Source: Chlorokybus atmophyticus
Lineage: Eukaryota > Plantae > Mesostigma and Chlorokybus algae
Direction: 5' to 3'
Assembly (NCBI GenBank): GCA_009103225.1
Contig: RHPI01001616.1
Location: 18,778 to 82,777 of the forward strand
Length of the DNA stretch: 64,000 bases
Of the stretch, positions 15,228 to 27,618 are shown one piece after another; position 1 is the stretch's first letter, and every line of letters starts with the position of its first letter. A program made the translations under genes and the position numbers. The notes below the pieces were generated by a model. It did no database searches. It had not been told where the DNA came from and was given only the letters and a program-made list of their open reading frames with translations.

Positions 15228-17823
15228 CTATGAGGGAGCCTCCGCATGTTGACCACTACTTCCAGAACTACTGACAGTACCACCATCAGTACTATGCAAC
15301 ACAGGAGCTGCTTCCTTCCCGTGTTGGCTGTCATCACCAACATGAGCCCGTTGCTCGCCGCTCTGCACAGACACCACTTGCTGTGCCACATCACCATCAC
15401 CATCAACATCACCATTTCCCTTTTCCCAATCCGAAGCGCTAGTTGCTGAGCTCGCCTCCTGCGTCCCAACCACCAGCAACTCTTGTTGTTGTTGGTGGTG
15501 GTGGTCCTGCGAAGGCGCGCTAGCAGGCCTCTGCTTGCTAGCTGAAGATGATGAGACAGACGTGAAGTCCACAGCTTTAGTTACTCTCTCCTTTATTGAC
15601 AAAGAGCCCAGCCAGTCTCCAAAACTGGCGGCCCGAGACTCAATCCACTCGCTTGCTGGTGATAGAAGTGGTAAAGTTGACTGTGGAGGCATTGTATTGA
15701 ACACGCCGGGAGGCTCTGAGTAACTCCTTGACAGCGGCTGTCTTGTGCTGATTGAACTGGTATCTTGCATTGTTGTTGGTAGTGGTAGTGGCGAAGTTGT
15801 TGATGGTGTTGGCAGGTAGCGGTTGGACTTTGTGCGAGAGAGTAGAATGTCATTGACTGTATCAGTCTCAGCTTCGGCTTCAGCTTCGGCTTCGGCTTCA
15901 GCTTCGGCTTTGGCTTCATCTAGATCAATGTTCAATTGAGGGTGGGAGGGTTGTTGTTGTTCTTGTTGCTGCTGTTGTGTGGATGTTGAGGGCTGTTCTT
16001 TAGCAGCACTGAACGGGTGCGAGTCCAATGTTGCCGCTGATTGTGCGCCGGGTTTCAAACGCTTCAGGCGATCAAGAAAGGGCGAGAGGAGGGCGCTCAT
16101 CATCGGCTCTTGTTGTAATGATGATGCGGGCTTTTTGTTCTTTGGCGAGTCCGTTGATGGAACCGGCAACACTGGAAAGGCATGATTGTATTGTATCAGT
16201 CAGTGTATACAACACAGCACAGCATTGTGTACATACATATTTGCAATACTCAGTGGACATGGCACAACACAATGCGATGCCACACACCACACATTATAGC
16301 ACAACATAACACACCAGCATACAACACCACAGAAACCTGGTGCATACCGCTCCGAGACAAGTCATGTAGTCGCTCCAGTCGCTTCTGAACACACACAAGC
16401 AACAGCACTTGTCACAGTCAGTGTCTGAGCGAGAAACTATTGTCGAGCACACAAATGCAAGTGTGAAGATTATCCCACCTGTACTTGAATAAGTGTTGAT
16501 GTCATATTGCGAACGCGCTGCTGCAGCCGCGCGAGCCTGGCCGCGTGCTCGGTGACAACCATCTCGGGAACTGCCGACAGCATGTGATCCAACTCTGTAA
16601 CATAATGATGATTAGACTCTCGTTTCATTAGACACAGACACAAGCAACATGTGTACGACATGCAACGTGCTGACTAGACCTTACGCCTGATTGAGTGCGC
16701 TCGTGCGTGCGCACACGCAGAGCAGAACGTGGTGGAAGCTATATGCCACACAATTAATGCAGTGCACGCATACACACAAATGCCGACGCGTGTGTGCCCG
16801 CACAAAATTGCGGTATTGTGCACACGGCGCGCACACACGCACACACACACGCACACGCACACGCACAGGCACACGCACACGCACACGCACACGCACACGC
16901 ACACGCACACGCACACGCACACGCACACGCACCGTTGATGAGACGCGCGATGGCGTCGCCAATGCGCGCCTGGCTCCCTCCAACCTCCATCACCCTCATC
17001 TCGCACTCTGTGACGGCGGGACCCCACAGGCTCAGCAGGCCCTCTGCCATCGCGGCCGCCGCCACGCGCTGAGCAGCGTCCGCACCATCCTTCTGCGCAC
17101 CTGCTCCATGATGTTGGACAAAGTAGCTTCACTAGTAATAGTTGTGGTGTGTGTCTACGCAATCAGCTGAGCTGTTTTCCTTTTTGTTGGCGTGCAAGCT
17201 GCAAGTCAGTGGCGTTGTCTGCGTGCATGTGTGCGTGCGGGCGGGCGTGTGTGCACATCCGTATGTGAGTGAGCGGGGATACGCACACGTACGCGTGCAT
17301 GTGTTTGCTTGTGCATATATGCGTACATGTTTGCAGTAGTGCCAATGCTGTCGAGATATCACGCTGATAGTAGCCTGATAGAGTGTTGCTGCTTCAATAA
17401 TTTTGTACCAACAAGCACCAAACCACCACCAAGCACAGATTTATAGTACGCATTACATCAACAGACACGTAGGCTGCACATAGCGTCTGCTTCTAACACA
17501 AACTGTGAACAGACATGACATGACAACCTTGGCTGGATGCTAGCATGCTGTTCAAGAACAACCAATGGCCATATTCTCCTGAGCCACAACCATGCTTAAG
17601 CTTGCAAATATATCTGATTACGCAACCTTTTACATACACAACCAAGCACAAACTCCAACACAACAGGTTGCCCTAACCCAAGCTGACCTGGCCCAGCTGC
17701 TCCCAGTGGCGACCCAGCATGCTGCTGCTCGGCCACGATGGCCTCGTCGTCGCGCACTTGCCCAGAAGATGCCTCGCCAGCCATGCCTCCTAAGACGACA
17801 CCGTCTCGGTGCCTGACATCCAT
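15228..17823 (-). CDS. SNAPIN: SNAPIN/BLOC-1 subunit 7-like protein with a ~315-aa disordered C-terminal extension
   Basis: Exon 17823-17688, then ~17100-16932 (MAEGLLSLWGPAVTECE...SQARIGDAIARLIN), ~16594-16480 (ELDHMLSAVP..EHAARLARLQQRVRNMTSTLIQVQ) and ~16387-16347 (KRLERLHDLSRS). The last of these splices in phase 1 into the 314-aa ORF 16172-15228. The helical core resembles plant SNAPIN. Confidence 0.75.
16847..16931 (-). repeat. (GTGCGT)n hexamer microsatellite beginning exactly at a SNAPIN 5' splice site
   Basis: About 14 near-perfect GCACAC units on the plus strand. Confidence 0.9.
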
Positions 17824-18109
17824 GATGCCGACGACGACGACGACGACGACGACACCAGCAAAAATACCCAAACACTCTGCTTTGCAGCAACCAAAGGAAT
17901 GAAAGCTGGTGTCGCGCACTGTGGCGCCTATAGCTGTGGCACAGCCGGGCAGCGCTGTGAAGCAGCAACCAAAAGCATACAGGCAAAATAGCTTAGGCTT
18001 GACGGCTTGCTTGCGGCGGCGGCGGTGTTGTGGTCGTCTTCGTCGTGGTTGTCGTCGTCGTTGGAATCGTTGTTGTGGTAGAATTGTGGTTGTTGTGGCT
18101 AGGGAGCGC
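17824..18109. promoter_or_regulatory. Putative bidirectional promoter (SNAPIN/CUSTOS)
   Basis: Start codons only 287 bp apart, head to head. Confidence 0.5.
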
Positions 18110-20138
18110 ATGACGGAGGGCAGTGGAAGTGCCAGCAGCAGCAGTGAGGACGAGGACGATCAGGTCTCAGCCAGAGTTGCGGCTGCGGCGGTGTCTGGCG
18201 AGGCGCTGCAGGCTGCCGCCGCCGCCGCTGGAGGCAGGAGCAGAGGTCGCCGCCTGACGGCGAAGGGGAAGGACGAGGAGGGCAATGCGGACAACGAGGA
18301 CAAGGAGGAGGATGACAGAGACTATGCGCCGCAGCCGCTGAAGGCTTATCAAATCAAGGCAAGTGGACTGCATGCAAAGTAGTTATTTGCAGTGACTCTG
18401 ATTTAAACCAATTTCGTGGGCAAGAAACACACACAATGCCGGACTCAGTGTACTCAGTGCACAACAAGTTGAAGTCATTTGTGTATTGGTACGCAACGCA
18501 TTGGCGTACGCGCAAATGTTAGCTACAGTGGTAACGCCGTTTGCTGCAAGGCAGTTGAACTTCAAAATTAGAGTTACAAGCTTCAGAGTATGGTTTGTCG
18601 ATATGTTTACCTTCCATACAGCTGTAATATCACATGCACATTTTAGTCACAAGCATTGCCGTGGTTGGGGCATGAACAATGCAATCTTCTGTCCTGGGTT
18701 GCAGCTTGCTGTGGCATGAACAATGCTGTGTTTGTGCAATCAACTTGGCTTTACACATGCCACCAACTTGTCCAAGTGACGCACGCTCGCTTGCATGTGA
18801 GCATGCTCGCACACGTGTGCACATAGTTAGGCGCACATGTGCACAGGCACGTGAACATGAACACGGACACGCTTGCACACACATATATACGCAAGCGCAC
18901 GTGCGCAGTCACACAACTGCCCATGTTCATATGCAACAGCAAACATTGACCCCTTCACCTCTCTTTGTCCAGGGGCAAGATGCCTTGCACAGGTTTCTCG
19001 ACCGCACCTTCGCGCCAAGTCTGGTCGCACTCGCTGAAGACATCACCGATGATGCTTCACACAAGAAGAAGAGGCAGAAGCACAAGAAAGACAAAGTTTC
19101 CATCAAGGAGGTGAAGCAAGACTTGCCAGTAGATGCGAATGAAAGTGGCGACGATGATGGCTTCAAGTTCTTCTCATGCGTGCCTTCGGGCGTGCCAGCG
19201 TTGCTATGCAGCCCTGCCCCTTCTGGCCCACCGCAAACCCACAGTGCGTTACATGCTTATGAGTGCCTACTTGTACTATTTGCTTTTGTGCATTTCAATA
19301 GGCTGATTGTACTATTGCAATGAGGCTGGCTGCTGTATCACAACATACAAGTTGCTGCATTGTCCTCTGCAGAGCATTGCTATCTGTCACTGTTGCATTG
19401 TAACTCAACCGCCCAACAGGTGCTGTTAAGAACAGAAGGCGCCGACCCATATTCAATGACAATATTGGCTCAAAACAGGTATGGCTGCAGGTCAGCTAGC
19501 CCCAAGCCATTGCATGATGTCTTGACAGATTGCTGTTAATGCTTTGGTGTCTCTCATCTTGACAGGAGCGCATTGAAGCTGCGGTAGTCGACGCCAATCA
19601 AATCACTCACTTCGCCGCCATTGCGGCCATCAAAGCCGAAGCACACATCATCAACCCCGCAACAGTTGAACCAGATTGCGACCCCCCCGCGCGCAGGCCC
19701 AAAGTTGTCACGCAGGTCCTGAGACGCATCGGCCGACACGCGAAAGCGTGCAACCGCGTCGTGCGCTTCGCACCTGTGGAAAAAGAAGAAGAAACTGCAA
19801 AGCAGGCCAAAAAAGGGATTAAGAGAGAGGTCAGCAAAGCGGTCAAGAAAGAGATGAGAAAAGAGGTCAGACAAGAGGCTAACAAAGAGGTTGAGAATGG
19901 AGTGATGCACACAGGCCTGAGTGTTAGTAATGACACACCCGAGCATAGAAAGCGGAAGGATAGGTTAGATGGTGAAGAACACCAGCAAACGGGCGGTACC
20001 ACAGTCGACTCGCAGCCTATTGATGGTGAGGTAAATGATCTTGCGGAAGAAACACCGAAGACTAAGAGGAAGAGCCAGCGGGCGCGGCAGAAGGCGAAGA
20101 AGCGGACGCTCAAGGAGCAGACAATACAAGGCACATAA
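18110..20138 (+). CDS. CUSTOS: CUSTOS (C12orf43)-like nucleolar-type protein
   Basis: N-terminal SSSSEDEDD..AAAVS; AYQIK|GQDALHRFLDR across a GC-AG intron (18359-18972); DDDGFKFFSCVPSG; ERIEAAVVDA; Lys-rich C-terminus ending at 20138. Confidence 0.62.
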
Positions 20139-20649
20139 GTTGTAGGGGATGTATACTGAATAGGTAGAACTATTGCTTTGGCGCTACGCATTGCTTGTGT
20201 TTGCATGAAGCAAGCCATATTGATTGCGGCAAGGTTCTGCAATTGTGGTTTGGACTGGTACAGCAGTATATGCGACAACTTGCACAGCCCTTGTGCGAAG
20301 CACAATGCGAAAACAAGACGTATACATGTGTCCTAAGAATGCGCATTCATCAGTGTACAACTGTCGCTTGTCTGGTTACTTTTGCTATCTATCTCACAGT
20401 GCGAGGCAGCTTCTTATGCGTTCTATTCTGTATCCTTGATGTATACTTTCTAACTTGTAGCACTTACAAACTGTCTCTTTTATGGTACATGATGTATGTA
20501 CACAGACCCACGCACTCCCCGTCTCTTAGTGCTTGACACTAACACTAAACCAAACAACACTACCCTAACAAGCAAGCGCACAGACACAATACACCCAAGA
20601 GAACTGAAAGTACCACTGTGACTGCCATTGACACCTTGCAAATGTTCCA

Positions 20650-22496
20650 TCATTGTGTGCGCCTGGCTGCTCCCTCTCCCGCCAGCGCAGCGTAGTGCGC
20701 CTCGCTCGGTCGCAGACGCAGCAGGCGCATGGTCGCCGTCGTGGACGGTCTGGTTACCGGCCTGAGAGAGTGAGTTGGTTGAACGGTGCGGGACTTGACT
20801 TGATAGTGAGAGATGTGTGTGTGCGTCAACACGGGAATGTGTGAATCTGCACTTGTACGCGCGTGCACGCACGTGTGTACACACATTCTCGTACACGCAT
20901 GTGTACAGCGTGCATGTGCAGGCATGTCTGCGCGCGCACGCGTGTGTGTGTGCGCGTGCGTACGCATGTGCGTGGGCGTGTGCGTGCGTGTCCATGTGTG
21001 TGCGCGCATGCGCTCACGTGTGCATGCGTGCTTGCGAGAGTGCACGAGCACGTATGCAGGCGAATATATGCACAGGCGCGTGCGCGTGTATGCGTGCATG
21101 TGTGTGCGCACGTGCACACATACGTAACAAGGTCGTACCTGCTGGGAGCATTTGGATGCATTGCACCGGTAAAGTTCTGCCTCGTCTGCGAGTGCTGCAG
21201 GTGCTTCTTATGATCCGCCAGCAGCTTATCCCAACTGATTGACGCCGACGGCTTTACTTTCTACAACATACCAATGTACTTTAACTCTAGCCGTTCACAT
21301 GTTGCTATACTTCTGTCTCTCTGGTTTTATGCTTAATACTCACCTGCAAGCGTTGATACAATGCCTCGTTCTGGAGCGCAATCTTCTCCGCGGCTTTCCT
21401 CCTATTCTTTGCATTTGACGTAGCCATCATGTTCTATATATGACAGTAGCTGTAACTTATCTACATCAAGTCGAGACATGATACACATGTTACACAGTTC
21501 AGACCCAACTTGAAGCCCACTCACACCTTGAACTTCTCAACCTTGCCGTCACCCCCGCTCATCACGCTCCCCTCACGCAAGTGTATCTGACCCAACCTCT
21601 CCGCCAGCCTCGCATTCGCCCGCGTGATAGCCTCCACCTGAAGAATATTTGTTAAGATATTTTTACCAAACTTGTTTATTCAACCATCTACTACAACATT
21701 GCATCCCAACCTGGCCTTCGTTGAATGTTGGGTGCGGGGGTGGAGCGCGTACGGGGGGTCTCACTGGAGGCTGGAAACAGGAAAGATTAGCTTTTGATTT
21801 TATTCAGGAGAGTGGTGTTTGTGCAAGACATTGTGTTTGTGTGTCAAACACGCTCACTGCTGAGAAGGTGAGCTTCTTGGGCTTGGCTGGCCTTGTTGGC
21901 TGCGCTGCTGTCATCGCACGCTGGTAAACCAGTGCATCAGTACAACAAAGAAGCATAGTCAGTAAGTACATGAGCATCAGAGTAACAGTAAACAATTGTA
22001 ATAGCATAAAGAGAAGTAGAGAAGTAACATATCACTGAAACATGCAGCAACAGCATATGGAAACGACTTATAGCCAATCAGCATCTTAAACATGTGACTA
22101 AGCGTTGCGCACTAACAAGCATGCAAGCCTAGGCTGTAAAGTTTCTATTTCATACTGCACTGGAAACAGTAAGTCAGTACGTTATATTCAGGGTGAATAG
22201 CCAGCCACTAATGCAATCGTGTTTTCTCATTAGCAGTAGTAGCAGCAAAGACTAATATACCACTTCAGCAGTATTCATTCCACCACCACTTTAAGTACCA
22301 TGTTCGGCCACTCTTCCAGCGTCGCCAGCGTGCTCTTTGCTAATGGCAGCCCCGCCACCGCCTCCTTCAGCTGCTGGTTCAGCCGCAGGGCCGCCTCCAG
22401 CTCGGCGTCATGGACGCCCTGTCTCTGCTCAGCCTCGTCCTCGTCCTTGAACACTGGGGCTGGTGGAGTCCTGCGGGACCCCGCTGCCGCCACCAT
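20650..22496 (-). CDS. CFAP97/Hemingway (KIAA1430)-domain protein, cilia/flagella-associated
   Basis: Small exons give KKLTFS...VEAITRANARLAERLGQI...TSNAKNRRKAAEKIALQNEALYQRLQ|.VKPSASISWDKLLADH, fitting the CFAP97 pattern (I.R.N..L..L...NR....I..EN..L..RLQ.VKP). The last exon and stop are tentative. Confidence 0.65.
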
Positions 22497-22699
22497 GTTG
22501 CAGGACGGCGACTGTGAGGATGACGCTGATGGCAACAACGACAGCGGCAGCGGCGGCAGCAGTGATGGTGGTGGTGTCACCACCAGCGGCAATCTGTGTG
22601 TCTGGCTTGCCGGGGGTAGGTCTCTACCTATTTGAGGAGGTCACGTGATTATGGGGTAAGCGTTGGTCAATGCATCCCAGTGGAGGTGCAGGTACGATG

Positions 22700-25600
22700 A
22701 CGTGTCGCGAAGAACAGGGTATCATGTACCCTTGTTATAGTGCCCACAGATGCGTTGAGACACTTTGTCAGTACCGTAGTGACCAGAACTTACGTACAGT
22801 TAAACCACGATAAGTGCATGACGTTGGTGCCCTTAGAAAAACCCATTGAGACACATGCACTTAGCGTGGATGCGACTAACGAGTGGCTGTTGCCCGTGGT
22901 TTGGCCTTCGGTGTTAGTGAACTTAATGCACTAATCGCATTTTAACGATAATATTTGCTACTGTATGCGCTTAGCGAATATGCACTTAAAGCGGCTAGAC
23001 TGTATTGATATTGGTTCTTCACCGTTCCCGTCCGTGAATTTATCAGAACGCATTAGCAGTTTAACGAAGTGCCGCGCGCCTCGCGCACCGCTTAGTCCAC
23101 GCATTGATTTGCCGGTAAAAAGTGTGAAAAGTCGCGCTTCGCGCAAATATTGTAACATCCGAAACAACCTGTGGGACGGCGTACGCAGTGAAAACCAATA
23201 GGAAAATGACGAAAAGTTCTGGTCTCTACGTTATACAGAAGGGTCATTCCTCTAATGTAGTGACGGACGGTCACTACAACGCATTCATCCTATGCAGTGA
23301 CACTCTGTCACTGCAACGATGGTCTTATGATAATACATCAATGACATGTTCTGCGAACAGTCCATTGACCAAAAGCCGGACGTCTCTATGCAATAACAAT
23401 TGATTACCCAATCGGAATTTGTATGCCAATTCATGTCGTGACAACTGCTCACTACAGGGAGGTTTAAAATTCTTTTTGGGGAATATGTATATCAATTGGC
23501 TACAGATGTAAATCCGATGATATGTGACAATGCCTCAGGCTAATGCCCTCGCTACAGTAACGCTTATCATTATCATCGATTGCTCATATATAGAGGGTGA
23601 TAGTCACTAATAAGGTGAGAATTTGCCTCATGTAAGCCGGTTAAATAGTCATTTATCACTTTTGAGATGGTGTCGTAAGAATACAGCATAAGTAGACTGT
23701 ATTGACTCTGTACTGCCGATTTAAGTTGAATCGTCACCGGATGACCTTGTACGTATCAAGCAACAGAGGTCTAAATTACTCGCCATAACGTGAACATGCA
23801 AAATATAATTTGTGTATTAAGATACAATTTGTGTATTAATTTGCACTTCGTTGCTATTACCATTCTGTTCCGTTCCAACTTACACTTACATATTACATAA
23901 AATTGTAAGTGATGCTGTATTAGCTATTATGCAATCTTCTTTTATGACAATGGAAGGGTGCTATTGTAATATATAATTAAGCACTCGTATACGTACAATG
24001 TATCGTAGTACGTATGTATGCACACCTTTGATAGAAGCTCTCATTATTATCCGTAATCCTCCACCATGATCTCCGACCCTCATTTCATATGCAAACATTA
24101 GGATGCACAGTTAGTTTGAGCTGAAAAAAGTTGTGATCGTGCTTTTTAATAACTATATATCATTTTTATATATTATTAGTTCTCTCTAACTTGTTGCGAC
24201 AAGAGAGGTGTATCGCAATGTATTATAGTCATGCTGCCGGTTTGCAATACGAGTGAGCTCCACACACTGCATATTTAAGAAAGAATTCCACTGTATACTT
24301 TACACATTGTACTTCACGTTTGCGAATGTGAGATACAATACGCAGCGCAGTGTGCGTTCGTGTCATTTAAAACATTATCACATTGTTAGATTACGATAAT
24401 GTATCAATAGGTTCGGCATAGTATAAGTATTGCCGCAGCACCATTCTGTTTTATTCAAAACATTCCAAATAAGCATTGCATATACATGTGACACATGTCA
24501 TGTTTATTAGAAAACAACTTTTATAAAATAAAAGTTAAAGCATAATTTTCTCAACCTTCTATCGCATGAGTTGTAAGCTGTGAGCAATGTCACACATAGC
24601 TATTGTGACTTAACATGTGTTGTTCCAACATATGTGTATCGTTGCTTAACATGCGAGATTAAGAGTGTGCAATACATCGACGCAAGCATCTTACATATGC
24701 ATAAAATGCATTAAAAAGATGATTGCGACTATTGAATTCTTGTAGTATAAACATGTGATGTACTCAACGTATTGCCAATCGGATTGCAATATTAAGTGGC
24801 TGGTGGTAAGAAGTTGTGACAAATCTTAATTCATGGCTGGCCGATAATTGTACTGCATTTACTGTTGTGTTTTAAGCCACTTGAGTAATATGCTGCTATA
24901 GATATACACCTCCGCAAATCAAACCCTCTTCAAGAAGGTTCTCAAGTTGAGAAGGCTTTCCTTATGACATAAATGTTTAAGGAAACTCATTTTTTAGCCC
25001 GATTGGCACACGAGCATGGCCTGACAACTCCAACCATGCTTGTAAGTATGCAGCCTGCGGCCGCGAAACGTGCTATAATGTTATTGGTTCAACAACATCC
25101 CAAAATTGGTAATGTGGATGCAAGTGAATATAAGATGTGTTTGCTAGCACGTATTAATAATGTTGCAAGGTTAGTATTCATGATATGCTTGATGGAGCAT
25201 AAGTTATTCCATAACCCACTTGGTCATGCTGTGCTGCAGATTCAAGATGACTTTAAAGATTTGAGTGTGCTACACCATAAACCAATAAATCTCAATGCTG
25301 ATTTTCTTGGGTAGGCCTTTCAATTCCGTTTTAACCAAATCTGGCACGACCATAGACCAAAACAACATAGTTTGCTCGGCGGCCCAAAAAGTTCAAACTT
25401 CATCACAATGCATATTACAAGTACTACAAATAGTACAGTAGCCATCTCAATACATTTGACATACATAATTGCATTTATCGACAATTTCCTTAGTTGTATT
25501 CAAACATATATATTCGGCTACATACCATACGTAGTATGGTTACCATGGGCATGGTACCTGCAATAACAAATTGTCTCGAGCAATCTGACTGATACGTCGA

Positions 25601-26098
25601 GCATTTCCACTAGGCCATGTAAGTAAAAGGCGCTTACATGTTGATGTTTTCTTGGGATGCATGTTATTTACGCCCCTTTCAGGGGGCTACTGCAACACTC
25701 ACCCACGTAGGTATGCCTTGATGACTTGACGGCGACATACAGCTACAAGCGCAGCAGATCTGACTGAAAAAGGTTGCGTCATGTTGCGGAACAGCCTTCC
25801 AAAATCGCATCACTATAGGCGCATGCGCATCGACCCTAGCAGGCAAATATGGCAATATGGCAATGGCATAACAATTTACATCACAGTAACATCCACAATG
25901 TGCGCTTCTCGACGCATGTATAACTCTCTCCCGCAAGGTGCATGTGGTGCAATGACAGCACTACAACATGTCAACAGCCAGCTAGCTACAACAGTCATGA
26001 GAGGGCAGTATGCTTTACATCTGTGCATACCCCAAGCTACACAGCTATACAGACGCAAGGATACTTGCGTACAAGTGTGTGTGCCCACCCGCCCGCCC
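22700..26098. other. AT-rich, gene-poor interval left of the TE nest; probably decayed repeat or foreign DNA
   Basis: Abrupt drop in GC relative to the genic DNA; no ORF of 60 aa or more is listed between 23403 and 24973; no recognisable motif. Confidence 0.5.
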
Positions 26099-26285
26099 GC
26101 ACATGTAACAAGTGGGCTCCGACCACTAGGCTATGGTAGCAAAAGACTCTACCATGAGTGAGGTCTGTCACAATTTATCCCAAACCGTGACATTCCTCTC
26201 AAATTAAACCCACGGGTTCCTCAGTATCAAATAAAACACTTACTAGCCCACGTCGCTATGGTCACGGCCGTACCACGACCGGTCT

Positions 26286-26947
26286 TGTGACGGTGCTCGT
26301 GCCTTGTCACCTATGAGTTGGTCCAATCAATAACCCTCGTACCAAGATACGGTATTCACAGTGGAACCTTGCCCCCTCTGCCAAGCACACACGCGCCCCC
26401 CGCCACTCGCGCCACGCACGCACATGCGCTCGATGCTACACACCGACTTGTGTAGCGCCTTGGTCACACAAGCAAGCACACACCAGTGGACACATGCTAG
26501 CAACCCCTGCTAACCACCACCAGGCTTGCACACAAGATACTAGGGAGCTAAAGGTTGTACTGCACAAAGTGAAATGTCCTTTTCATACCTACCAGTCCGC
26601 ACATGCTACTGTTTAGACGTTTCTCGAGCTAGACGGAATCTGAAGCTAAGATATTCTTGTAGAACCTTTTAGTACACTTCTAGACCTTTCCTTCGCACCA
26701 AGGAACTCCAAAAGATGCCCATATGGCAAAGTTATACTATTTGGCGCTAGGCCCTTCCAGAATTCTGGTCGAGTCCTTCTCGACTGGCCCTCCGTTTTCT
26801 GACGTCTTCCAGACCAGACCTGGGGCCGGTCGATATCTGCGCAGACTCACAACTCGCCGATATTCGCCACAAGTCATGAAAACGTGGTGCTCGATAAATG
26901 GGCCAAGAAAGGTCCTAAGATCATGAAACTTGGCCTCGACTGTTACA
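26286..26947 (-). repeat. 3' LTR of the gypsy element (662 bp)
   Basis: On the minus strand it begins TGTAACA immediately after the PPT and ends CCGTCACA at the TSD. Confidence 0.8.
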
Positions 26948-27618
26948 CTCCTCCCTCCCTAGGTGAGCTTCGTCCTCGAAGCTCGCAAGGTTGTCCTAAT
27001 TGTCGTTGCAGATACGCTTGCACAACTTGTTGTGCATTCGCCAGGTGCTCCTCCGGTTCTCAAGTGGCCTCATGCATAGGGTAGCCCTTCCACTTCACTA
27101 AGTATTTGCGCACGTTGCGCACCAGATTCTCCCCCACAATGTCCTCCACTTCATATTCCACACGTTGTAGCAAACTCATGGGGATGCAATGGTGGTTCTC
27201 CTCGATATGGTTTCAGCAGGGATATATAAAAGACAGGGTGCCACCAGTAGATGTGCGTAGTCTCAGGTAGTTGCAACTTGTATGCGACGTCCGAGATCAC
27301 TTTGATGACTTTAAATGGTCCAAGCCAGCATTTACTTAACTTGCAAACTCTAGCACGTACCTGCAAGTTCGCAGAAAGCAATACCATGTCACCTTTGGTT
27401 AATGTAATGTGCCGGTGATGTGCGTCTGCGTACTGCTTCTGCCTGTTTTGCGCCACTAACAAAGCTTCTGTAGCCGCTTTGGTGATGTCAGCACATGTCT
27501 TCGAGAAGTCACCCGCCGCCTTAACATGCACATCTTCGTGTGGTACTCATGCTGTCAACGGCGTCAGTGAATGCTGACCGCAATCCATCAGGAAAGGGGT
27601 AGCGCCGGTCTTTGCATT

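Noticed and set aside
16072-16290. Short alternative SNAPIN end (SCLSSVAGSINGL...)
   Set aside because: It would need an acceptor without AG; the real polypyrimidine-AG site plus the 41-nt exon selects the long frame.
24973-25314. 113-aa ORF in the AT-rich island
   Set aside because: No recognisable motif and no supporting neighbouring exons; left unassigned.
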